Assembly (NCBI GenBank): GCA_965237525.1
Contig: CBDEFO010000008.1
Coordinates: 864,001 to 928,000 of the forward strand
Direction of reading: 5' to 3'
DNA from: Candidatus Latescibacterota bacterium
GTDB taxonomy: Bacteria; Latescibacterota; CBDEFO01
Length of the DNA stretch: 64,000 nt
Shown here: positions 21,075 through 31,468 of the stretch, piece after piece
How the letters are laid out: the number at the start of each line of letters is the position of its first letter
Position numbering within the stretch: the first letter of the stretch is position 1
Translations under genes and position numbers: made by a program
The notes under the pieces: model-generated
Told to the model about the DNA's origin: nothing
The model's input: only the letters and a program-made list of their open reading frames with translations
Database searches by the model: none

Positions 21075-24000
21075 TTAGTCTCCTGCCCTTATCTCATCAA
21101 CCTCCGGGGGTTCGTTCTCGAACGGACGCTCCTGCTGTGCCTTCAGGTACTTCTCCACCGCCGGCCGGCCGAACCTGAAGAAGACCGTTGGCGTAACGAA
21201 CATGTCCAGCAGTGTGGAACTCACCAGTCCTCCGAAGACCACGAATGCCAGAGGATAGAGAATCTCCTTGCCCGGCTCGCCGGCGGCCAGCATCAACGGA
21301 AAGAGTCCCAACCCGGTGGTCAGCGCCGTCATCAGCACCGGCACCAGCCGCTCCAGGGATCCCCGGATGATCATCTGTTCGTTGAACTGCTCTCCCTCCT
21401 CCTGTACCAGATGGATGTAGTGGGAGAGCATCATGATCCCGTTACGGGAGGCGATGCCGCAGAGCGTTATGAACCCGACCAGGGTGGCCACGGAGAGCAC
21501 TCCGCCGGTGATGAAGACCGCGATCACGCTCCCGATCAGGGCAAAGGGGATGTTGAGCATGACCTGGATGACTATCCGGACCGACTTAAAGTGGGTGTAA
21601 AGGACCAGGAAGATCATCCCAACCGAGAAGATGCTCAAAATAGCAAGCAGTCTGCTGGCGGCCCGCTCACTTTCGAACTGGCCACCGTAGGTTACGAAGT
21701 AGCCAGTGGGCAGATCCACCTGTGTCCTGACCTTGTCCTGGATTGCCCGCACGACGCTGTTGAGGTCTCGCCCGGCGGTGTTACACTGGATCACGATCCT
21801 CCTGCGCGCGTTCTCGTGTGCAATGATGTTGGGCCCTGTGGTCTGGACCACATCAGCCACCAGACTGAGGGGAATCTTGGCGCCGGTGGGAGTATCGATC
21901 AGCGCGTTCCGGAGCGACTTGGGATCGTTCCGCGACCGTTCGTCGAACTGGACTATCACATCGAAGGTCCGCTGTCCGTCCAGAACCTGAGAGACTACGC
22001 GGCCGCTAAAGGCCGTCTCCAGGGCCTCCGCAACCTCGGCCACGCTAAGTCCGTACCGCATGGCTTGGTCCCGTCGGATATCGATCTTCACCTGGGGCAC
22101 CAGCACCTGCTTCTCCACCTGGAGATCCACCACCCCGGATACTGTAGCCATAACGTCCCGGATCTCTCCGGCCTTGGTTCGGAGGACCTCCAGGTCCTCC
22201 CCGAAGAGCTTCACAGCCAGTTGTGCCCGGACGCCTGAGAGGAGGTGATCGATCCGGTGGGAGATGGGCTGGCCGATGTTGAGGACTGTACCCGAAATCT
22301 GAGAGATCCTCGCCCGAATATCCCCCATGATCTCCGCCCGGCTTCGATCTGACTCCTTCAGATCAACTTCGATCTCGGTGTAGTGTACCCCCTCGGCGTG
22401 CTCGTCCAGCTCCGCCCGCCCGGTGCGCCGTCCGGCCGAGACCACCTCCGGCACGCCTAAGAGGAGTTGCTCGGCGATCCTCCCGAGCCGGTTCGACTCT
22501 TCCAGAGAGGTTCCGGGCACGGAGAGGACGTTGATCGTGGCAGTCCCCTCGTTGAAGGGGGGCAGAAACTCCCGACCCATTAACAGCACAAGGGATCCTG
22601 CCACCAGGACCAGCGCGCCGGTGATCCCCATCACGGTGTAGGGGCGCTTCAGGGTGATCCGGAGTTGCTTTGTGTCCCAGTGCTTCAGCCACCGGACGAA
22701 GAAGCTATCCTCCTCTTTCTCTATGAACTTCGCCTTCGGAAGCAGGTAAACACACAGCGCAGGCGTCACGGTCAGTGAGACCAGCAGTGAGGCCAGGATC
22801 GACACGACATAGGCGATCCCCAGGGGCGTGAACATCCGTCCTTCAATGCCGCCCAGGGCAAAGAGCGGCATGAAGACCAGAATCACAATAATGGTGGCGT
22901 AAACGATGGAGTTCCGGATCTCACTGGAGGCTTTAAAGACCACCCGCAGGGAGGATTCGGGATCAGGCCTTTGCCGGTTCTCCTTCAGACGCCGGAAGAC
23001 GTTCTCCACCCCTACAATCGCATCGTCCACTAACTCCCCCAGGGCCACGGCCAGCCCACCCAGTGTCATGGTGTTTACGGAGATGCCGGCGATCTTGAAG
23101 AAGATGGCTGTGGTGATGAATGAGAGCGGGATGGCCGTCAGGGTGATGAAGCTCGTCCGGAAATTGAGCAGAAAGAGAAAGAGCACCGCCACCACCAGCA
23201 CCCCCCCGTCCCGCAGGGCCTCCTTCACGTTGCGGATGGAAGCGTCGATGAAGTTGGCCTGTCGAAAGAGGTGGGTGTCGATCTTCACGTCGGAGGGCAG
23301 AGAACCTTTCAGCTCTTCCACCGCCCGGTCGATCTGCTCTGTCAAGGGCATCGTGTCGGAGCCGGGCTGCTTCTGCACCGTCAGGATCACTGCCGGAACG
23401 CCGTCAACTCCGGCGTCGCCCCGCTTGAAAGGGGGACCGCCGTAGCGCACATCGGCCAGGTGTTTCACCAGAATCGGCACTCCATCCCGAACCGTCACCA
23501 CAGCGTTGGCGATATCCTTGATCTGTGTGGTCCGGCCGATATTCCGGACCAGGTACTCCTGTCCGCCCCGGAAGAGAAATCCGCCTCCGGTGCTGACATT
23601 GGCAGCGGCGACGGCCGCTTCAAGCTCCTGGAGGCTCACGTTGAAATCGCGCAGTTTCTCCGGGAAGACCCGCACCTGTTACTGCTTCACGTCGCCGCCG
23701 ATGACCGTCACCTGGGCGATGCCCGGAATCGTGAGCAGACGCCGCCGCACCACCCAGTCGGCTAACGTCCGCACCTCCATCGGCGAGGTGGAGGTCCCAC
23801 TCATGCCGATCAGCATGATCTCCCCCATGATGGAGGAGATGGGTCCCATTACCGGGGTCACACCCTCCGGGAGCTGTCCGACGGCCATCTGCAGACGTTC
23901 GGAGACGAGCTGCCGATCCCGGTAGATGTCGGTGCCCCACTCGAACTCCACGAAGATGAGCGAGAGCCCGATGGAGGAGAAACTGCGGACGCGGCGGACA

Positions 24001-24233
24001 CCTGGCGCTCCGTTCATCACAGACTCGATCTGGAGTGTAACCAGGGCCTCCACCTCCTCAGGCGCCAGGCCTTCGGCCTCGGCGAAGATGGTCACTCTCG
24101 GGTGGTTCAGGTCCGGAAAGACGTCCACCGGCAGGTCGAGGATGACCATTATGCCGTAGACCAACAGCAGCGCCGCCCCCGCTACGACGAAGAGCCTGTT
24201 TCTGATTGAAAAGGCCAGAAGTTTATTGATCAT
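21075..24233 (-). pseudogene. czcA: CzcA/CusA-family RND permease with a single in-frame nonsense codon
   Basis: [43 protein letters not shown] motifs; reads GGDVKQ-TAA-QVRV at 23679-23681 where KQYQV is expected. Confidence 0.88.
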
Positions 24234-24246
24234 AAAAGCTCACCTC

Positions 24247-25410
24247 CTATTTGAGTCCCTGAGACCAGAGCTGATGAGCGCCCACGGTCACCACCCGCTC
24301 CCCTTGTGCCACGCGGGTGCTCACCTCCATAAAATCTCCGTCCCTCTGCCCCAGGGTCACCTCCCGGGCAACAAATTCCTCGGGCTGCGTATGCACGTAG
24401 ATCAGACTCTTGCCGTTGCCCTCAAGGATCGCAGCGAGGGGGACAGCGATAGCCGTTATGGGTTCACCGGTGTCGATAGCCACCTGGGCGAACATACCTG
24501 CCTTGAGCCGGCCGTCGGGATTGGGCACTTCAAAGATGGCCTTTGCAGCCCGGGAGTCCTCATCCAGGGCCCCGCTCAAACCGACCAGTCGGCCAGTGAA
24601 CTGCTCACCTGGATAGGCTCTGGTCGTCACGATCGCGCGCTGTGCCTCCTCGACTCTGGGCAAATCGGTCTCGTAAACCGCGGCAGAGACCCAGAGGGGG
24701 TCCAGGCTGATGATCCGAAGGAGCCAACGGTCTGCGTCCACTCGCTCGCCTACGACCACGTTGGCTTCTGTGACAGTCCCCGCGATAGGTGCGCGTACGT
24801 AGAGGTGGTGGACTGTTCGATCACCTTTGTGGACAACTTCGTACAGGCGCAACTCGTTGGATAGACGGGTGAATTCGGCCTTTGCTACTTCTACCCGTGC
24901 CTGGGCTTGCTGTAGCTCTTTGAGACTCGCGATCTGGCGGAGTTCCTGATGTCGGGCGTACTCCTGTTCATCCTGCTTCAGCGCACTCTTCGCGGCGTTG
25001 TAGGCTGCCTCCAGAGCGAATTGGTCTGCTGGGAGCTGTTCGAGAACTGCCAGGACGTCACCGGGAACAACCCGATCTCCAATCCGGGCAATGGGATGAT
25101 CTGGATCAGTAACAACCCGTCCGGAGGCCACAGGTGCTACATCGGCCTGACCTCCAGCACGTGGGATAAACCTGCCGATGGTCTCGATTTTGGTGGTCAG
25201 GACACGTTGTCGCGCCGGCTCAGTCCGGATGCCCATCAAGAACTGTGTCTCCTTGGAGACGAAAAGGGGAGCACCGGGAGCACCGTCGCCCCCGGCCGCC
25301 GACGGAGCCTCTTTATGATCATGGCCTCCGTTGGCGTGGATCCTCTCCGGTAATAGCGTCGCTGTTAGTATCCCGGCTATCACAACACAGGAATTTATCA
25401 GCAGTTTCAT
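24247..25410 (-). CDS. czcB: CzcB-like RND periplasmic adaptor subunit
   Basis: VRAPIAGTV, LDPLWV, NPDGRLKAGMF, VVTVGA motifs. Confidence 0.88.
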   Translation of the reverse strand: MKLLINSCVVIAGILTATLLPERIHANGGHDHKEAPSAAGGDGAPGAPLFVSKETQFLMGIRTEPARQRVLTTKIETIGRFIPRAGGQADVAPVASGRVVTDPDHPIARIGDRVVPGDVLAVLEQLPADQFALEAAYNAAKSALKQDEQEYARHQELRQIASLKELQQAQARVEVAKAEFTRLSNELRLYEVVHKGDRTVHHLYVRAPIAGTVTEANVVVGERVDADRWLLRIISLDPLWVSAAVYETDLPRVEEAQRAIVTTRAYPGEQFTGRLVGLSGALDEDSRAAKAIFEVPNPDGRLKAGMFAQVAIDTGEPITAIAVPLAAILEGNGKSLIYVHTQPEEFVAREVTLGQRDGDFMEVSTRVAQGERVVTVGAHQLWSQGLK

Positions 25411-25412
25411 GA

Positions 25413-25976
25413 TTAATTCCTCCTTTTCTCTTTTCTCTTCGCACGGCGCCAGATAACGCCGACCAAGGTTATGGCCACCAGCGTTATCCCCAGCCAGATA
25501 CCCCACATTCCCCAGCTCTGATGGCCTTCTTTATCACCCTCTTTCCCAACACGCAGGCCGCTCAGGGGGATCAGATCGATCCGTTCACCGGCAGTCACCG
25601 TGACAATCAGATCGTAGACGCCAGCCCGAGGGAGCATTAGCGTTTCCCCGTAGATCCCAGGTGTCTCGGTCGGACTCATCGTCAGGTTGACCTGTGCGTC
25701 GGGGATCTGAATCTCGACCTGTGCCCCGGCTACTGGCGCGTTTGTGGGCGCATCGGAGAGGAAGAGCGTCAGCTGGATCTCATCGCTGGGGTCTGCGAGG
25801 GGATACTTGATCACCACCTCAAACTGCTCCGTGGTCGCCCCCAGGACCTGCAGGTCGGAACCGTGAGCAGGTACAGTAGCGGTCTCCGACGCAGTGTGGT
25901 CTTCCCCTTCGTTAGCTTGTAAAGAAACCGGTACTATCAGAAGTAACAGAAGTGCAGTTATGCTACATATTCGCAT
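25413..25976 (-). CDS. Membrane-anchored accessory protein of czc-like operon (Ig-like, His near N-terminus)
   Basis: Signal peptide, ANEGEDH, ETPGIY...GVYDLIV, C-terminal TM followed by basic tail. Confidence 0.6.
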   Translation of the reverse strand: MRICSITALLLLLIVPVSLQANEGEDHTASETATVPAHGSDLQVLGATTEQFEVVIKYPLADPSDEIQLTLFLSDAPTNAPVAGAQVEIQIPDAQVNLTMSPTETPGIYGETLMLPRAGVYDLIVTVTAGERIDLIPLSGLRVGKEGDKEGHQSWGMWGIWLGITLVAITLVGVIWRRAKRKEKRRN

Positions 25977-26004
25977 CGGTTTACCTCCTCTATCTTTTTT
26001 CGAT

Positions 26005-27324
26005 CTATCGTGTCGCAGCCTTAAGGGGGCCACCAACGGCCTGTTCAAGCCTGGCCAGAGCCTCGCAGTAGGCAAAGAGGACATCGAAGTAGGCAAGGCG
26101 CATCCGGGAGATCCGATCGGTCTGGACGAGCAGGACGGTTAGGTCGAGTTCACCGGCCTCATAAGCTTTCACTAGCAGATCGGCGTTCTGCTCAACGCGT
26201 GGAAGCAGCAGTCGATAGGACTCCTGCGCCTGTTTTGCCCCTATGAATCGCCGGTAGGCGCTGGTGACCTCCATTCTGATGCGCTGCTCCAGGGCCTCAC
26301 GCGTGGCCCTGGCCACGTTCTTTTCGGCCTTTGCCTGCTGCACGCCTGCTTGGTTTCGGTTCAGGAGAGGCAGCGGAAGCGCCACCTGGACGCGAAAGAG
26401 ACGATCTCTATCGCGTATGCCCCCAATGCCTCCGATGATCGCGGGATCGCCGGTGAAATCATCTGGCGTGAAAACCGTGCTCTCCTGGTCATAGGTGAGG
26501 GATATCTTCGGGTTAGGAATCGCAGATGCAAGCGCAAGATCGATCCCTTTCTGGGCGGCCTGTTCCTCCAGGCTCGTCGCCACAAGATCCTGGCGTTTCT
26601 CTAAACTGAGTCGCACAAGTTGGTCAAGGCCGAGGTTAAGAGACATGAAAGTAGTGTCAGCCCTCACAGCAGTGGTCTGTTCTTCAGGAAGGCCGAGGAG
26701 GAGATTCAAGTCAGCCAGGGCAGCCAGGGATTCGGCTTCCAGACGGGAGCGTTCAGCAGCGGCCAGGCCGAGTTCAGCAGCGATCAGATTGACCTCCAGC
26801 TCAGAGATGTCGCCGGCCCGGTAGCGCCGCTCCGCAGCGACAGACAGGCGTTCGTTGAGGGTCAGGATAGTATCGCCCACTTTTAGTTTCTCAGTGCTAA
26901 GGGCTAGGCGGTGATACGCAATTTTTACCTCGCCCGTCAGGAGCTGCTCGAACCGCGCGATCTCGGCATGCACCCGATCCAGAGCCATATTGGCGATCCG
27001 CTTCCGCTTCCCGCGCTGGCCCGCGATCTCGATCTCCTGGGAAAGGGAGAGGCTGTATCCCCCGTTGCCCCGGTTGCCGAACAGGCGGTCGGAGGCACTC
27101 TCGAATTCAAATTCAGGATTGTAGGGGAGGAGGAGTCCTGCCAGTGTCTGCTGGCTGCTGGCAACATTCAGGCGCAATCGTTCGGCCCGCAGGTCCGGGT
27201 TTCTGGCCCGGGCTTCGCTGAGAGCCTGCTGAAGGGTTAAAACTTCCTGGGTAATTGAGGCCCTCGGAGCCCCCAGCAACAGGGCAACGAGACAGACCAA
27301 CAGAAGAACTGGACGACAGAGCAT
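26005..27324 (-). CDS. czcC: CzcC/TolC-family outer membrane factor
   Basis: LTLQQAL..ARARNPDL, LSQEIEIAGQRGKR, LPLPLLNRNQ, AYEAGELDL motifs. Confidence 0.88.
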   Translation of the reverse strand: MLCRPVLLLVCLVALLLGAPRASITQEVLTLQQALSEARARNPDLRAERLRLNVASSQQTLAGLLLPYNPEFEFESASDRLFGNRGNGGYSLSLSQEIEIAGQRGKRKRIANMALDRVHAEIARFEQLLTGEVKIAYHRLALSTEKLKVGDTILTLNERLSVAAERRYRAGDISELEVNLIAAELGLAAAERSRLEAESLAALADLNLLLGLPEEQTTAVRADTTFMSLNLGLDQLVRLSLEKRQDLVATSLEEQAAQKGIDLALASAIPNPKISLTYDQESTVFTPDDFTGDPAIIGGIGGIRDRDRLFRVQVALPLPLLNRNQAGVQQAKAEKNVARATREALEQRIRMEVTSAYRRFIGAKQAQESYRLLLPRVEQNADLLVKAYEAGELDLTVLLVQTDRISRMRLAYFDVLFAYCEALARLEQAVGGPLKAATR

Positions 27325-27496
27325 CTATTAAACTCCTTTCGGAAAAACCTATTGTGATGTCTATAAGCTGAAAAAGAGATCCAACTCACCTCTTTTAATG
27401 AAGAAGCAAGGAGATATGGAGATATTCTACAGGAACAAAACCACGAAAAGAAGAGAGGGAAGTATGAGAAAAGGATATTGAGTGCGGAGAATTAAA

Positions 27497-27907
27497 TCAG
27501 ATAGGTCGAAAAGAGGGCATAGAGGGGCCCTTGAAGGCCACCGGAGGGGATTTTGAGGTGAGCAAGGATTGATTTTCGGACGTATGTAGAAGATCCGGCA
27601 GGAACAGCGTCGGGAAACCGCCTGAAGTGGCAACCTCCCCTGACAGAACCGGTTTGACCAGCAGGGAGGACACTGTCAAGATGAACTCACCGGCCCCCCC
27701 GGCGAAAATCTGGAGACAGCACGCATCGGCATCCACTGGAGCAGCATCGTGGTGGTCTTCATCACCACTTGCTTCCCCTGGGTGCACGTGTGAATGGTTT
27801 TTAAGTAGCGCTACAAATTCCGTACAGAACGCCGCCGTTATCTCCGGGAAGATCCAGAGGACAAGCACACAGAGGAGAGAATAGATGCCAAGTGTTTTCT
27901 TTTTCAC
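27497..27907 (-). CDS. Small His/Cys-containing exported protein upstream of czc-like operon
   Basis: Signal-like N-terminus, HSHVH, DHHD, CC motif. Confidence 0.5.
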   Translation of the reverse strand: MKKKTLGIYSLLCVLVLWIFPEITAAFCTEFVALLKNHSHVHPGEASGDEDHHDAAPVDADACCLQIFAGGAGEFILTVSSLLVKPVLSGEVATSGGFPTLFLPDLLHTSENQSLLTSKSPPVAFKGPSMPSFRPI

Positions 27908-28392
27908 AAAATTCGTCCTTCATATGTTAATATACTGGGCCTGGTCTATTGTTAAGATACTGGTCGCCCTGCCCTCGTTCAGGTTCTCCCGTTTTTGGGG
28001 CGTTTACCCAAACCCTTGGAAGGAACGGTTGAGAGCATGGTGTTAGGACATAACCTAATGACTCTTCCTGTCTTTGCAGTGTGCTGAGCAGAATACATAG
28101 GGTATAAGATACAAAAAGGGTTGCTGAATGTCAACAGAAATTATCCAGAAGGTCGGTAGACTGTCAATGGTGATCCTCAAACACAGATTCTTGTTGACTT
28201 CCGTCAAGGGATCGTGTATCTTGGGTGGAGAAGAAGGCTTGAAACTGATAGATCGCCGTTAAGAGCATAAGTAATCACAGGTCCGTGACCAGCAAAATGC
28301 TGAAGGAAGTAACATAGCTGTTGGGGAAGAATGTTTTCAACTGAAGACTTAGGAGTACATTCAACTTTCCATGAGTGGTAGGAGATTCGGCA

Positions 28393-29547
28393 ATGTCAGA
28401 CTATTACGACCACCTTAGAGAACACAGCATTGTGAAACATACGATCCTGGTGAAGTATCTCAATGCTTATCTTCATATTCTTAAGAAATTCCACAGGAAC
28501 CTCAACTATTTCGACTGTTTCGCTGGCATTGGTGAAATGCCTGATGGGACGCCTGTGTCGCCCATGCGCGTCTTGAAGCTTATTGCAGAGAATCCCCAAT
28601 TTTCGAAGGGAGTTAATACCTTTTTCTGTGAACCGGTCGCTAAGCGCTTTGACCAACTCGAGAAATGTGTGATGGATTTTTACGATAAGAATTATCATAT
28701 CCGAAAACCACGGTGTTATCGTACAACCTTTGTCAACTGGGTGGAAGAGATCAACAACTGCATAGGAAAAACAGGAAAGCAATTTGCCCCTTCATTCTTT
28801 TTCGTGGATCCGACTGATATCACAGGGATTCCGATGAAGGCTATAAAATGTATTTTGACTATCCCAAAGACGGAGGTATTCGTCTTCTTGAACTATGCCG
28901 GTGTCTCACGAACACTTGGACTTGAAGCGGTACCGCAAGCCGCTGTTGAGCTATTTGGTGATGAGAATTGTGTAATAGAACTTCAAGACCAACTTAAGGA
29001 GAATGCAGATAATCCTAAGCTGAAGGAGATGCTTATAAGGGATGCCTATTTTTCAGCACTACGCGATTTGGGCGGTGCAAAATACATCGTTCCTTTCCGA
29101 GTAGAAATGCAAGAAAAGATGAGTACAAGCCATTACCTGGTCCACGGAAGCAATCATCCTCTTGGATTCAAAATCATGAAGGAAATTATGTGGTTGGAAG
29201 GAAAGACCAGTGACCAACATGGTGTCCGCCTTGAACTTCTCCAGGAGTCCAAAGGCCAAACTACACTATTTGATATTGACTTTCTAAATTTCAAACGGGA
29301 CCTGTTAAAAAGGTATGCCGGCCAAGTTAGAGCAGTTAAGGACGTTTGGGACGAAACGGACCCCAACGATCTCTTCTTGGAAAGAACTTACAAACAGGCG
29401 TTAGTTGAATTGGAGAAAGAAGGAAAGATACAGGTATTCGAAGATCGTGACTGCAAAATACCTGCTCCGGCTGATAAAAGGCGTCCTTATAAGGGCAATC
29501 CGACTTTGGGAAACACTAAGTGGTTACATTTCCTGCTGGACAAATGA
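28393..29547 (+). CDS. tcmP: Three-Cys-motif partner protein TcmP (methyltransferase-like fold + wHTH)
   Basis: EHSIVKHTILVKYL, YFDCFAGIG, FFFVDP, EVFVFLN, YLVHGSNHPLGFKIMKEIMW motifs typical of the family. Confidence 0.85.
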   Translation: MSDYYDHLREHSIVKHTILVKYLNAYLHILKKFHRNLNYFDCFAGIGEMPDGTPVSPMRVLKLIAENPQFSKGVNTFFCEPVAKRFDQLEKCVMDFYDKNYHIRKPRCYRTTFVNWVEEINNCIGKTGKQFAPSFFFVDPTDITGIPMKAIKCILTIPKTEVFVFLNYAGVSRTLGLEAVPQAAVELFGDENCVIELQDQLKENADNPKLKEMLIRDAYFSALRDLGGAKYIVPFRVEMQEKMSTSHYLVHGSNHPLGFKIMKEIMWLEGKTSDQHGVRLELLQESKGQTTLFDIDFLNFKRDLLKRYAGQVRAVKDVWDETDPNDLFLERTYKQALVELEKEGKIQVFEDRDCKIPAPADKRRPYKGNPTLGNTKWLHFLLDK

Positions 29548-29601
29548 ACAAATGTTTAGTAACTTTATATAAGTTTTGAGATATATTTTGTGTAGTACAT
29601 A

Positions 29602-30664
29602 ATGATTACATGCGAGGGCATAGTCATGAAGATCCTTAAACGACATTCCCCATTCATAAAGCAATTCGTCGGCCCAGGTGAGAACAGCATCATCTGCTTC
29701 AAATTCTGGCAGGCAGTCGTGGCTTCCGGATGCCTTGGAGAGTGTGCATACTGCTTCCTACAGACACAAATTCCTTATAGACGGGGGGAATATGACCTTA
29801 AGGGGACCTTGTTCAGCAATCTTGAAGAGATGTCTACTGAGGCTGAACGCTGGTTGAACAGGGATCGTCCTGCAGGACTCATTATAGGCGAGAATCAAGA
29901 TGGACTTGCTTTTGAGATTCCCTACAAACGTCTCTTGGGAATTACTCCACTGGAGATATTGATACCGCTTTTCGATGACCATATTAAGAACGAGGTCGGG
30001 AATGTGCTTATAGTTCTCTCCAAGTTCATATCAACTGAATATGCTGAAAGGTTTGGGCCTTCTCCCAACGTTATCTTTTCGTGGTCGCTGTCACTGCCTT
30101 CAATTAGCCGAATTTACGAGAAGAAAGTCTCCCCGCTTCAGATACGTCTGGACAAGGCAAGGCAGATGAAGAAGAATGGGTATCGTATCAGATTCAGACT
30201 TGATGCGCTTGCCCCTATACCGAACTGGGAGACTGAGCTAGAAGAGATTCTCTCACAGATTAACTTGGTAGAGCCCGAGATGCTCACCATAGGTGCCTTG
30301 AGAGCTACAAACCTTAAAAAAATTGCGTCATGCAGCAGAGACAAATGGGCGAAACGAATCAATATTCGACTATATTCGAGAAAAGGACCCCTCTGGTTTC
30401 AAATACCGCACAGACGAAGATTTCCATATCAGCACATTCAGAAAAATCAAGCAAGCCATTTCTCCTGACATTCGTCTCGGACTGTGCAAAGAGGATCGAA
30501 GTATCTGGAAGTCTATTGGAGCCCCTTGGCAGGGATGCCATTGCCTTCACTCGACGCACGATGATGTCGCTGTTGAACGGATGAAGATAAAAAAGCAGCA
30601 GCCAGATCTCCTTCAGATTCCTCAATTGCACAGTAACTCTGTTCTGCAAAAGGCATCTGCCTAA
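29602..30664 (+). pseudogene. Spore-photoproduct-lyase-like radical SAM protein, frameshifted at an A7 run (30316-30322)
   Basis: GCLGECAYCFLQ CxxxCxxC, GENQDGLA, IFSWSL, RLDKARQMKKNGYRIRFRLD; removing one A gives NLKKLRHAAE...GFKYR...LGLCKE. Confidence 0.75.
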
Positions 30665-30903
30665 GCCTATAGTGTAGCAATCAAAAGATCTCGAAAGGGC
30701 TACCTTTAAGGGAGAGTGGCTGGAATAAGTCATAGCCTTTTAATTATCTTTGTGTAGGCTTTGAGGGCTAACAATCTCCTATCCAGATCGTCGTCTTTAA
30801 TTTGAGCCATTAACAGGTCTGGATTTTTTATAAGGGCATCTACTCTCTTATCATGCTCCTTACAGCTTCTATAAGTAAGGTTGTAACAATGCCTGCATCC
30901 GAA

Positions 30904-31107
30904 CTATTTGCCTCCCGGCGGGAGATGGAGCTTGGAAACCCTCCTTCCGCAAGGTCTGCCATTGACCACAATGGGACAGATAAACCAGTATCTCACGCCT
31001 CCGAAGTTACAGGGAGTAGTGACCAGTTGGGCTTTGTAATCCAGTTTTTCTTTATCACCTGTGAAGTTATTCGTCTGGGCATACCGCTCCCCTTGACAGA
31101 GCGACAA
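30904..31107 (-). pseudogene. Fragment of a conserved hypothetical gene (GGxRxWFxCP..CGRRV..L motif)
   Basis: TTPCNFGGVRYWFICPIVVNGRPCGRRVSKLHLP; no credible start. Confidence 0.45.
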
Positions 31108-31199
31108 ATATTTCGCAAATTGGGTTTTGAGGCTTGTCCCCGAGTGATGCTACCGGGGAAAGGAGGTCAAAGTGTCAAGCCCGAAAGTGAAAGATGGTA

Positions 31200-31350
31200 A
31201 GTGCTGGACGGTGATTGGTAAGGCAGATGTTGTGCTGGCTCTTTTGAAAGGAGCGGAAGTATGTCGGGAAAATGGTATTAGCCAGTAGCAGGCGTATGCT
31301 TGGCGTGATAGTTTCTTAGAGGGAGGCTAGGAGAGTTTGAAGTCTGATCG
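31200..31350 (+). pseudogene. Degraded IS3-family OrfA (HTH) remnant
   Basis: Translates KADVVLALLKGAEVCRENGISQ*QAYAWRDSFLEGG*ESLK with two internal stops. Confidence 0.6.
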
Positions 31351-31468
31351 TGTCGCTGCGTTCGCGAGGATCATCTCGGGGACACGGCATGCTTGGCCAT
31401 GGCCCACTTTCCGCGGTAAACTCCAAGATCGAGTTTCTGATCTAATATCGGACTTCTCCCTATAAAAG

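Noticed and set aside
23679..23681. Recoded stop or alternative genetic code
   Set aside because: TAA, TAG and TGA all terminate normal genes in this window; the interruptions are isolated single changes
21060..24864. Long plus-strand ORFs (e.g. 21060-22238, 24226-24864) and similar ones at 45360-46268, 60509-61129
   Set aside because: Antisense shadows of real genes with no recognisable motifs
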